A stretch of DNA of 64,000 nucleotides from Actinomycetota bacterium (GTDB lineage: Bacteria > Actinomycetota > Acidimicrobiia > Acidimicrobiales > JACCXE01), in NCBI GenBank assembly GCA_041166405.1, contig JBEEFV010000031.1, forward strand, positions 9,840 to 73,839. Direction: 5' to 3'. A model generated the notes under the pieces. The model was not told the DNA's origin and ran no database searches. It saw only the letters and a program-made list of their open reading frames with translations. Made by a program: the position numbers and the translations under genes. Positions 25,684-34,313 of the stretch are shown piece after piece. How positions within the stretch are numbered: the first letter of the stretch is position 1; every line of letters starts with the position of its first letter.

Positions 25684-26291
25684 TCGGTTCGCTCCGCGGT
25701 CAGATCCTCGACCGCATGACGACGGGGGAGTTGCTGGTCGACGTGAACGGCGTGGGCTACCGCGTGCAGGTGCCGCCGCGCACGCTGGTGGCGGCGGGTG
25801 ATCTCGGCGACGCCGTGTTCCTGCACGTGCACACGCACGTCCGCGAGGACGCCATCGTCCTGTACGGCTTTGCCACCAGCGACGAGCGCGTGGCCTTCGA
25901 GGCGCTGCTGTCGGCGCACAAGGTCGGCCCGTCGTTGGCGCTGGCGGTGCTCAGTCACCTCACGCCCGTCGCGTTGCGGCGCGCTGTGGCGTCCGACGAC
26001 ATCGACGCGCTGTGCTCCGTGCCAGGCATCGGCAAGACCACCGCCGCGCGCCTGCTGCTCGACCTTAAGAACAAGCTGGCGCTCGACGCCGACCCCGAAG
26101 CGACGCTCGCGGCGGTGAACGGCGACGCGGGCGCGCCGGCGGGTGCGCGCGCCGACGTGCGCAACGCGCTCGCCAATCTCGGGTACGGCCCCGACGAGAT
26201 CTCCTTCGCCGTGCGCGAACTGCCCGAAGAGGGCGACGACGCGTCCGACCTGCTGCGCGTCGCCCTCAAGACCCTGGCGACGGTTCGCTGA
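25680..26291 (+). CDS. ruvA: Holliday junction branch migration complex subunit RuvA
   Basis: MIGSLRGQI..., GVGYRVQVP, HhH pair ([16 protein letters not shown]). Confidence 0.9.
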   Translation: MIGSLRGQILDRMTTGELLVDVNGVGYRVQVPPRTLVAAGDLGDAVFLHVHTHVREDAIVLYGFATSDERVAFEALLSAHKVGPSLALAVLSHLTPVALRRAVASDDIDALCSVPGIGKTTAARLLLDLKNKLALDADPEATLAAVNGDAGAPAGARADVRNALANLGYGPDEISFAVRELPEEGDDASDLLRVALKTLATVR

Positions 26292-27346
26292 TGCCGCGCG
26301 AAGAATTGCTCGGGGCGGGGAGCGACCCCGTCGAGCGCGCGGAAGAGATCAACCTGCGGCCGCGCCGCCTCGACGAGTTCGTCGGTCAGGCCGAAGTGCG
26401 CAGCCACCTGTCGGTGATGCTCGAAGCGGCGCGCCGCCGCGGCCGCCCCGCCGATCACGTGCTGTTCGCCGGCCCGCCGGGGCTGGGCAAGACCACGCTG
26501 GCGGGCATCGTCGCCGCCGAGATGGGCGTCAACCTGCGGATCACGTCGGGCCCCGCCATCGTGCGCGCCGGCGACCTCGCGGCGGTGCTCACCGACCTGC
26601 AAGCCGGCGACGTCCTGTTCATCGACGAGATCCATCGCCTCCCGCGCCAGGTCGAGGAGGTGCTGTATCCCGCGATGGAGGACTTCCAGCTCGACGTCGT
26701 GCTGGGCAAGGGCCCGGCAGCGCGCTCGTTGCGCCTCGAGCTGCCGGCCTTCACGCTGGTCGGCGCCACCACGCGCACCGGCCTGGTGAGCGCCCCGCTG
26801 CGCGACCGCTTCGGACTCGTCACCCGGCTCGACCACTATCCGCCCGAGGACCTTCAGGTCATCGTGGAGCGGGCCGCACACATCCTCGATGTGCCCATCA
26901 CGCCCGACGGCGCCGGCGAGATCGCGCGGCGCTCACGCGGCACGCCTCGCATCGCCAATCGCCTGCTCAAGCGCGTGCGCGACGTCGCCGAGGTCCACGG
27001 CGACGGCACCATCAACGCCGACGCGGCGCGCGAGGGTTTGGCGCTCTACGGCGTCGACGAGCTCGGCCTCGACAAGGTCGACCGCGCCGTGTTGCGGGCG
27101 TTGTGCGTCAGCTTCGGCGGCGGACCGGTCGGCCTGTCGACGTTGAGCGTCGCCGTCGGCGAAGAACCCGAAACCGTCGAGGACGTGCACGAGCCGTTCC
27201 TGTTGCTCAGCGGCTTCCTCGTGCGCACGGCGCGCGGCCGCGTGGCGACGCCGGCGGCGTGGCGCCAGCTGGGCCTCGACCCGCCCGCGAGCGCGCCGAA
27301 TGCAGCGTCAGAAATGCTGGGGTTGTTCGACGACGCCGACGACTAA
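26291..27346 (+). CDS. ruvB: Holliday junction branch migration DNA helicase RuvB
   Basis: [46 protein letters not shown]. Confidence 0.95.
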   Translation: MPREELLGAGSDPVERAEEINLRPRRLDEFVGQAEVRSHLSVMLEAARRRGRPADHVLFAGPPGLGKTTLAGIVAAEMGVNLRITSGPAIVRAGDLAAVLTDLQAGDVLFIDEIHRLPRQVEEVLYPAMEDFQLDVVLGKGPAARSLRLELPAFTLVGATTRTGLVSAPLRDRFGLVTRLDHYPPEDLQVIVERAAHILDVPITPDGAGEIARRSRGTPRIANRLLKRVRDVAEVHGDGTINADAAREGLALYGVDELGLDKVDRAVLRALCVSFGGGPVGLSTLSVAVGEEPETVEDVHEPFLLLSGFLVRTARGRVATPAAWRQLGLDPPASAPNAASEMLGLFDDADD

Positions 27347-27354
27347 GTCGTCAG

Positions 27355-27600
27355 TTACATCGGGAACGGGAAGTACAAGCACCAGGAGCGGTCGATCGGA
27401 TCGAGCCAGGCGCACACGTGGCGCTGCTTCCAACCGGCGGGCGACGGAACGTCCTTCAGCACCGCATTGGCGAGGTCGAAGGACGCCGCAGTGATAGTCA
27501 CGTTGTCCGACGGCGCGGCCGGGTCGGCCTTTACCGGGGCGGCGCCGATGACACCGACACAACCGACGATCGCCGCAGCCAGCAGGAGAACTCGTTTCAC
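27355..27600 (-). CDS. small (81 aa) putative lipoprotein / secreted protein with two further Cys, translationally coupled to the ECF sigma gene
   Basis: Own translation: VKRVLLLAAAIVGCVGVIGAAPVKADPAAPS...WKQRHVCAWLDPIDRSWCLYFPFPM. IVGC fits a lipobox. Its GTG overlaps the sigma-gene TGA (GTGA at 27597-27600). Confidence 0.5.
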   Translation of the reverse strand: MKRVLLLAAAIVGCVGVIGAAPVKADPAAPSDNVTITAASFDLANAVLKDVPSPAGWKQRHVCAWLDPIDRSWCLYFPFPM

Positions 27601-28637
27601 TTGTGGAGCCCCCCGATGGTGCTCAGGTTGCTCGAGTTGATCCCGGTCAGGCTGATATCGGTCGACAGCCCGCCGAGTCCGGTGAGATCGGCAGCCGAGC
27701 CGTCCTTGCCGACGTGCGAGCGTCCGGCAGCAGCGTCGCCCTCGTGAAGTGCGACCGAGTTGCTGGCAGCGGGGGGTACCGCGGCCTTGCCGCCTTGCGA
27801 TGCGGTGACGCTTCCCGTCGGCGCGCCCGACACGACTGCGCCGGAAACGTTCACAACGGTCACGACAGGGTGCGACGCCGTCGTAGCGACGGCGGTGGCC
27901 GGCGCGCCGCCACCGGCGAAACCGAGGGAGGTGGCAACGGCGGCGACGCCCATGGCGCTGGCCGCCGCGGCCGGCGCGAGCTGCGACGAAAGATCGTTGA
28001 TGTGGGCGCGGGTGCGGGCGGCGAAGCGCCACGCCGCGCCGAGCACCGGCAGGCTGACGAGGCGAGCCTCGGGGCCGGCGAGTGCGAGGAACTCGCGCTT
28101 GAGCGCCTTGCGCGCCCGGAAGAGCAGGGCCTCGACCGTGCCCATCGTCACGTTGTAGTGATCGGCGATCTGCTGGTAGCTCCAGCCGTGGGTCTCGCGC
28201 AGCTCGAGCACCTCGCGGTGGCGCGGCCCGAGTTGCTCCATGGCCTTCGACAGATACGCGATGTCGACGTTGTCGATGATCTGCTGTTGGCCACCGTCGA
28301 CCGAACCCGGGTCGATCTCAGCCGAAGGCTCAGCGCGGGACACCCGGCGGTGGCTATCGATGCACAGCCGGGCGGCGATGACCGTCAGCCACGGATAGAA
28401 GCGGCGCTCGCCGGCAAACCGCGGCATCGCGGAGAACGCACGTGCGAATGCTTCCTGCGTGATCTCTTCCGCCTCGTGGACGTTGCCGACGCGGCGGACG
28501 CAGAATCGAAGCAGGCGCTGGTAATAGCGCGCGTAGAGGTCGCCGAAGGCCCCTTCGTCACCTGCCTGGCACAGTTCAACCAGGCTTCGGTCACGTACCA
28601 GATCGACATCATCTGCACGGACAGCCATGTACCCCAA
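27597..28637 (-). CDS. ECF (sigma-70 group 4) RNA polymerase sigma factor with a ~150-aa C-terminal extension containing a hydrophobic helix
   Basis: Region 2 FGDLYARYYQRLLRFCVRRVGNVHEAEEITQEAFARAF...YPWL. Region 4 LGPRHREVLELRETHGWSYQQIADHYNVTMGTVEALLFRARKAL. These are followed by AAAASAMGVAAVATSLGFAGG and a Ser/Gly/Ala/Val/Thr-rich tail, all in one frame. Confidence 0.8.
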   Translation of the reverse strand: MGYMAVRADDVDLVRDRSLVELCQAGDEGAFGDLYARYYQRLLRFCVRRVGNVHEAEEITQEAFARAFSAMPRFAGERRFYPWLTVIAARLCIDSHRRVSRAEPSAEIDPGSVDGGQQQIIDNVDIAYLSKAMEQLGPRHREVLELRETHGWSYQQIADHYNVTMGTVEALLFRARKALKREFLALAGPEARLVSLPVLGAAWRFAARTRAHINDLSSQLAPAAAASAMGVAAVATSLGFAGGGAPATAVATTASHPVVTVVNVSGAVVSGAPTGSVTASQGGKAAVPPAASNSVALHEGDAAAGRSHVGKDGSAADLTGLGGLSTDISLTGINSSNLSTIGGLHK

Positions 28638-28736
28638 CCCTCTGATCTCAGCGGAGCCCTAAGGGTAGCAAGCAAAATCGACTTGTCTACCCACGTAGTC
28701 ATTTATTAATCGTCCGTTCTACGATCTCCTGCCGCG

Positions 28737-29744
28737 ATGCAGGTCTCAGAACTCGTCTACGACCTGCCGGAAGGTGCAATTGCCCAGCGCCCGATCGAGC
28801 CCCGGGACGCCGCCCGGGTGCTCGTGTCGGTCGGCGGGAACCCCCCGAAACACGCTCACGTGCGGGATTTGGCGCAATTCGTGGCCCCCGGCGACCTCCT
28901 CGTGGTCAACGACACCAAAGTTCTGCGGGCGCGGCTGCGGCTGCACAAGGCGACGGGCGGCAGCGTCGAAGTCTTCCTGCTGGCGCCCCGGGACGACACC
29001 CACACGACGTGGGAAGCCCTCGTACGGCCGGGAAAACGCGTACCCCGCGGTACGGCGCTGTTCCACGGCGATCGGGAGGTGGCCGTCGTGGGCGAAGTTT
29101 TGGGTCCGGAAGGCACGCGGGTGGTGGAACTGCGGGGCGACGGGAGCGCTGACGACCTCGTGGCGGCGATCGGCGACGTCCCGTTGCCCCCCTACATCCA
29201 CGAGCGCCTCGCGGACCCGGACCGCTATCAAACCGTGTACGCCCGCGTGCCGGGGTCGGTGGCGGCGCCGACGGCGGGGCTTCACCTCACCGACGCGGTG
29301 CTCGACGGGTGCCGGGCCGCCGGCGCCGAGGTCGCGGCCGTCACGCTGGACGTCGGGCTCGGGACGTTCCGGCCGATCGCGGCCGATCGCGTCGAAGACC
29401 ACCACATGCACGCCGAGACCTACGTCGTCCCCGAGGCGACGGTGGCGGCGATCGAGCGGGCCCGGCGCGTGATCGCCGTCGGGACGACATCGCTGCGTTC
29501 GCTGGAGTCCTGGGCGGCGACGGGTGCGGCGCACGGGTCGACGGAGTTGTTCATCCACGGCGACTATCCCTTCAAGGTGGTCGACCGGTTGCTCACGAAC
29601 TTCCACCTGCCCGGCTCGTCTCTGCTGGCGTTGCTCGACGCGTTCGCCGGGCCGCGCTGGCGCGATCTGTACGCACTCGCGCTGGCCGACGGCTACCGGT
29701 TTCTGTCTTTCGGTGACGCCATGCTCGTGGACCGCCGCGCGTGA
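28737..29744 (+). CDS. queA: S-adenosylmethionine:tRNA ribosyltransferase-isomerase
   Basis: YDLPEGAIAQRPIEPRDAARVLV, PPYI, SVAAPTAGLHLT, GTTSLRSLES, FLSFGDAMLV. Confidence 0.9.
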   Translation: MQVSELVYDLPEGAIAQRPIEPRDAARVLVSVGGNPPKHAHVRDLAQFVAPGDLLVVNDTKVLRARLRLHKATGGSVEVFLLAPRDDTHTTWEALVRPGKRVPRGTALFHGDREVAVVGEVLGPEGTRVVELRGDGSADDLVAAIGDVPLPPYIHERLADPDRYQTVYARVPGSVAAPTAGLHLTDAVLDGCRAAGAEVAAVTLDVGLGTFRPIAADRVEDHHMHAETYVVPEATVAAIERARRVIAVGTTSLRSLESWAATGAAHGSTELFIHGDYPFKVVDRLLTNFHLPGSSLLALLDAFAGPRWRDLYALALADGYRFLSFGDAMLVDRRA

Positions 29745-30852
29745 GCTTGTCGCCGATCACCATCGACGCCAGCGACGGCGCGGCGCGCGCCGGCACCGTC
29801 ACGACGGCGCGCGGCTCGTTTCCCACGCCGGCCTTCATGCCCGTCGGACCCGCGGCTCGGTGAAGGCGATCGACGCCCGAGACCTCGAGTCGGTCGGCGC
29901 CACGGTCGTGCTCGGCAACACGTATCACCTGATGCTGCGCCCGGGTGCCGACGTCGTCGCCGCGCTCGGCGGCCTGGGCGAGTTCGCGGGCTGGCACGGC
30001 CACACGCTCACCGACTCGGGCGGCTTCCAGGTCTTCTCGCTCAACCCGAAGGTCGACGACGACGGGGTCACGTTCCGTTCGACGTACGACGGCTCGTCGC
30101 ACCGGTTGACGCCGGAGAGCGCGGTGGCGACGCAGGCGGCCATCGGTGCCGACATCCAGATGGTGCTCGACGTGTGCTCGGCGCTGCCGGCGACGACCGA
30201 CGTGTTGCGCCTCGCGGCCGAGCGCACCGCGCAGTGGGCCGAACGCGCCCGCAACGCGCCGCGCCCGCCGCACCAGGCGTTGTTCGGGATCGTGCAGGGC
30301 GGCGTCGACGAAGCGCTGCGCGTCGAGTCGGCCCGTCGCACCGTCGCGCTCGACTTCGACGGCTACGGCATCGGCGGGCTGTCGGTCGGTGAGTCGCGCG
30401 CCGAGATGGTGCGAGCGCTGGAGGCGACGACCCCGGAGCTGCCCGCCGACCGGCCGCGGTACCTGATGGGCGTCGGCGACCCCGTCGGCATGATGGAGGC
30501 GATCGGGCGCGGCGTCGACATGTTCGACTGCGTGCTGCCGACTCGTCTGGCGCGCCACGGCACGGCGCTGACGTCGGTCGGGCGCTACCAGGTCAAGAAC
30601 GCCAGCAACACGACCTCCACCGACCCGCTCGATCCAGCCTGTTCGTGCCCGACGTGTCAGCGCTACTCGCGGGGCTACCTGCGGCATCTTTTGCACGTGG
30701 GGGAGCCGAGCGCCGCCCGCCTGCTCACGCTTCACAACCTGACGTGGATCCTCGGCCTGATGGCCCGTAGCCGGGAAGCCATCGCCGCGGGGCGGTTCGC
30801 GGCGTTGCGCGACGAGGTCGTTGACATCTGGGAAGGCCGGTCCGTCAACTAA
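29741..30852 (+). pseudogene. tgt: queuine tRNA-ribosyltransferase (tgt) with its reading frame interrupted by a 1-nt deletion at about 29846-29848 (or a sequencing error)
   Basis: The frame from GTG 29741 reads VSLSPITIDASDGAARAGTVTTARGSFPTPAFMPVG, then PAAR-stop (TGA 29861). The rest (TRGSVKAIDARDLE...LTDSGGFQ...GIVQGG...LMGVGDP...CSCPTCQ) is in the frame of ORF 29524..30852. Confidence 0.85.
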
Positions 30853-30866
30853 GTTCGACCGCCGCC

Positions 30867-31145
30867 ATGGCCGTTCTTTTCCCGTTGCTCCTGCTCGGGG
30901 CCTTCTACTTCCTCTTGTTGCGTCCGCAGCAACAGCGCGTGAAGACCCATAACAACCTCGTGTCCTCGGTCGAAGTGGGCGACGAGATCGTCAGCGCCGG
31001 CGGCATCGTCGGGCGCGTGACCGCCATCGCCGAGCGCGACGTGCAGTTCGAGATCGCGCCGGGGGTGGTCGTGACGTTGGCCAAAGGCGCCATCGCCCAG
31101 AAGGCGCCAACGACCGACACCGAGAAGACGGAGACGCCCGAGTGA
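30867..31145 (+). CDS. yajC: preprotein translocase subunit YajC
   Basis: Single TM helix plus LLRPQQQRVKTHNNLVSSVEVGDEIVSAGGIVGRV; lies upstream of secDF. Confidence 0.85.
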   Translation: MAVLFPLLLLGAFYFLLLRPQQQRVKTHNNLVSSVEVGDEIVSAGGIVGRVTAIAERDVQFEIAPGVVVTLAKGAIAQKAPTTDTEKTETPE

Positions 31146-32602
31146 AGAAGCGTCGCAACGCGCTGTCGCTGCTGATCATGGTCGCGGTCGCCTTCGGCTC
31201 CCTCGCGTACACGCTCGTCAACAACAACAAGCCGACGCTCGGACTCGACCTGCAGGGCGGCATCTCGCTCGTGCTGGCGCCGGCGAAGAAGGTCGACCCT
31301 GGCGTGCTCAAGCAGTCGGTGTCGATCATCCGCAACCGCGTCGACGCGCTCGGCGTGGGCGAGCCCGACATCACGACGCAAGGCAGGAACATCATCGTCG
31401 AGCTGCCGGGCGTGAAAGATCAGGACAAGGCTCGCAGCATCATCGGCCAGACCGCCGAGCTGCGTTTCCGTCCGGTTCTCCAGGCGAACATCCCGCCGGA
31501 AAACTACGTACCGCCGACGACCACGACCGCCAAGCCCAAGAAGGGCGCGACCACGACGACCACCGAAGAGGGCGCGACCACGACGACCACGGCGAAGCCC
31601 CCCGTCATCCCGAGCACGAAACCCGAGGACGACGTCGCCACCGAGACGGTGCTGCTCCCGATGAAGGACAACAAGGGGACAGAGACCGAGCGCTTCGAGC
31701 TCGGGCCCGCACTTCTGACGGGTGAAGTCGTGCGCACGGCGCGCGCCGCGTTCAGCCAGAACGAAGGTAAGTGGTACGTGCAGCTCTACCTGACCGGCAA
31801 GGGCAGCCCCGCGTTCGACGCCATGGCGGCGGCCCACAAAGGCGAGCAGATCGCCATCGTGCTCGACGGCGTCGTGAAGTCGGCCCCGACGATCGACGCC
31901 ACGTCGTTCAACGGCAAGCCGACCATCACCGGCCAGTTCTCCCAGGGCGACGCCAAGAACCTCGCCCTCGTGCTGCGCTACGGCGCGCTGCCGGTGCAGC
32001 TGAAAGAACAGAACGTCGAGAAGATCTCGGCCACGCTCGGCAAGGACTCGCTGAAGGCGGGCCTCATCGCCGGCGTCGTCGGCCTCGGCCTCGTGCTGCT
32101 CTACATGATCTTCTATTACCGGGCGCTCGGGATCGTCGTCGTGATGGGCCTGCTCGTATCGGCGTCGCTGCTGTGGTCGATCATCGGCTACCTCGGCGAG
32201 CACAGCGGCTTGGCGTTGTCGCTGTCGGGTGCGACCGGCATCATCGTGTCGATCGGTGTCACCGTCGACTCCTACGTCGTGTTCTTCGAACGATTAAAGG
32301 ACGAAATGCGCTCCGGCAAGACGATCCGGAGTTCCGTCGACCGCGGCTTCAGCAAGGCGTACCGCACGATCCTGGCCGCCGACCTGTCGAGCCTCATGGC
32401 CGCCGGCGCGCTGTATCTCCTCACGGTCGGCCCGGTGCGCGGCTTCGCGTTCTTCCTCGGGCTCTCGACGCTGCTCGACCTGTTCGTCGCGTACTTCTTC
32501 ACGCGGCCGATGGTGGCGGTGCTGGCGCAAAACCGCACGTTCACCGAGGCCCCTCACCTCGGCGTGGCCCGCGGGCTCGCCGTAGAAGGAGCGACGTCGT
32601 GA
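31142..32602 (+). CDS. secD: protein translocase subunit SecD
   Basis: LGLDLQGGISLVL, IIRNRVDALGVGEPDIT, LRYGALPV, C-terminal 6-TM bundle. It contains a Thr-rich insertion. Confidence 0.9.
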   Translation: MKKRRNALSLLIMVAVAFGSLAYTLVNNNKPTLGLDLQGGISLVLAPAKKVDPGVLKQSVSIIRNRVDALGVGEPDITTQGRNIIVELPGVKDQDKARSIIGQTAELRFRPVLQANIPPENYVPPTTTTAKPKKGATTTTTEEGATTTTTAKPPVIPSTKPEDDVATETVLLPMKDNKGTETERFELGPALLTGEVVRTARAAFSQNEGKWYVQLYLTGKGSPAFDAMAAAHKGEQIAIVLDGVVKSAPTIDATSFNGKPTITGQFSQGDAKNLALVLRYGALPVQLKEQNVEKISATLGKDSLKAGLIAGVVGLGLVLLYMIFYYRALGIVVVMGLLVSASLLWSIIGYLGEHSGLALSLSGATGIIVSIGVTVDSYVVFFERLKDEMRSGKTIRSSVDRGFSKAYRTILAADLSSLMAAGALYLLTVGPVRGFAFFLGLSTLLDLFVAYFFTRPMVAVLAQNRTFTEAPHLGVARGLAVEGATS

Positions 32603-33756
32603 CCGACGCAACTGCGCACCGCAGCATCTGGACGCGGCTGTACCACGGCGAGACGCGCATCGACTTCATGGCGAAGAAGAAGTGGTGGTTCCTCGGTTCC
32701 GGAATCATCATCGCCCTGGGCATGGTGAGCCTCGGGATCAACGGGCTCAACCGCGGTATCGAGTTCCGCGGCGGCACGTCGTGGGAAGTGCCGGCGCACC
32801 GCCTCACCGTTGCGAAAGCGCGTGACGTGCTTCCGTCTTCGTTGCGTGACGCGAAGGTGCAGCAGCTCGGCAGCGGTGCGCTGCGCATCCAGGCCGACCC
32901 GAAAGGGACGAAGGCCGTCGACAAGATCACCGTCGACTTGGCCAAGGCGGCGCACGTCCCCGAGCGACTCGTCAGCGTGAACTCGGTCGGCCCGTCGTGG
33001 GGGAGCGAGATCACGGCGAAGGCTCGCCGCGCCCTCGTCTACTTCCTGGCTTTGATCACCATCTACCTCGCGCTGCGCTTCGAGTGGAAGATGGCGCTGA
33101 CGATTCTCGTCGCCCTCGTGCACGACATCGCGATCACGGTCGGCGTGTACTCGTTGTTCAAACTCGAGGTGACGCCGCCGACGGTGATCGCCATCCTCAC
33201 GATCCTCGGTTACTCGATCTACGACGGCATCGTCGTGTTCGACAAGGTCGAGGAGAACACGAAGCCGCTGGCGATCAGCGGTCGCATGACCTACACCGAG
33301 ATGGTCAACGTGTCGCTCAACCAGGTGTTGATGCGCTCGCTCAACACGACGCTGACGGCGTTGCTGCCGATCCTCTCGTTGCTCGTGATCGGGTCGTTCA
33401 TCCTCGGCGCCACCACGCTGCAGGAGTTCGCGATCGCCCTCCTCGTCGGCCTCGGAGCCGGCGCCTATTCGTCGATCTTCATCGCGTCGCCGTTGTTGGC
33501 GGTGTTGAAGGAGCGCGAGCCGCGGTTCGCGGCGGTGCGCGACCGTCTGCAACGCGGGCTCGGCGGCGCCGGTCCGCTCGTGCCCGGCATGGCGACGGCG
33601 TCAGCATCGAGCGCCGTGTACGGAGATCGCGCGGCCGGCGGGGCGCCGCTCGTTCCCGGCCAGGTACTCACCGGAGACGGTGCGCCGCGCGCCGGCGCGC
33701 CGCGTCCCGGGACACCGATCACCGCGCGAGCGCGGAAGAAGGGCCGGCGTAGGTAG
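32599..33756 (+). CDS. secF: protein translocase subunit SecF (with Ala/Gly/Pro/Arg-rich C-terminal tail)
   Basis: IDFMAKKKWWFLGSGIIIALGMVSLGINGLNRGIEFRGGT, YSIYDGIVVFDKVEEN. The GTG overlaps the secD stop (GTGA). Confidence 0.9.
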   Translation: MTDATAHRSIWTRLYHGETRIDFMAKKKWWFLGSGIIIALGMVSLGINGLNRGIEFRGGTSWEVPAHRLTVAKARDVLPSSLRDAKVQQLGSGALRIQADPKGTKAVDKITVDLAKAAHVPERLVSVNSVGPSWGSEITAKARRALVYFLALITIYLALRFEWKMALTILVALVHDIAITVGVYSLFKLEVTPPTVIAILTILGYSIYDGIVVFDKVEENTKPLAISGRMTYTEMVNVSLNQVLMRSLNTTLTALLPILSLLVIGSFILGATTLQEFAIALLVGLGAGAYSSIFIASPLLAVLKEREPRFAAVRDRLQRGLGGAGPLVPGMATASASSAVYGDRAAGGAPLVPGQVLTGDGAPRAGAPRPGTPITARARKKGRRR

Positions 33757-33774
33757 CGCCACTACGATTTATCT

Positions 33775-34305
33775 ATGTCGTCGGACTTCGGTTGGTTGAA
33801 GAACCACATCGCAGAGGTCCCTGACTTCCCACGACCAGGTGTCGACTTCAAGGACATCACGCCGCTGTTCGCGGATCCCGACGCGTTCCGCTTCGCGGTC
33901 GACGCGCTGGCGGATCACGTCGCCGGCGACCAGGTCGACTACGTCGTCGGCATCGAGGCGCGTGGCTTCGTCACCGCGGCGCCGGTCGCATACCGGCTCG
34001 GCGCGGGTCTCGTCGTCGTGCGGAAGGAAGGCAAGCTGCCGCGTGCCGTGGAGCGGACGATGTACGCGCTCGAATATGGCGAGGGCGTTCTCGAAGTGCA
34101 CGCCGATGCGATCCCGACCGACGCCCGCGTGCTCATCGTCGACGACGTGCTCGCCACCGGCGGGACCGCCGCGGCGACGGTCGAGCTCGTCGAGCGCCTC
34201 GGGGGCATCGTGGTGGGCCTCGGGTTCCTCGCCGAGTTGGCGTTCCTGCACGGACGCGACCGCCTCGCCGGCCGCGACGTCACGACCCTGGTCACCTACG
34301 AGTAG
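33775..34305 (+). CDS. apt: adenine phosphoribosyltransferase
   Basis: FPRPGVDFKDITPL, PRPP motif VLIVDDVLATGGTAAA. Confidence 0.9.
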   Translation: MSSDFGWLKNHIAEVPDFPRPGVDFKDITPLFADPDAFRFAVDALADHVAGDQVDYVVGIEARGFVTAAPVAYRLGAGLVVVRKEGKLPRAVERTMYALEYGEGVLEVHADAIPTDARVLIVDDVLATGGTAAATVELVERLGGIVVGLGFLAELAFLHGRDRLAGRDVTTLVTYE

Positions 34306-34313
34306 CTGACGCG

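Noticed and set aside
27597-28637. The possibility that the sigma factor and its C-terminal extension are really two genes (sigma + anti-sigma).
   Set aside because: There is no in-frame stop between region 4 and the hydrophobic segment in the sequence as given. The fusion is therefore reported as seen, with a frameshift or assembly artefact listed as the refuting outcome.
28638-28736. An ECF-type autoregulated promoter (GAAC ... CGT) upstream of the sigma gene, in the AT-richer divergent spacer.
   Set aside because: The only GAAC/CGT pair I could find on the correct strand has a ~20-nt spacer, longer than the usual 16-17. That is too weak to call without TSS data.
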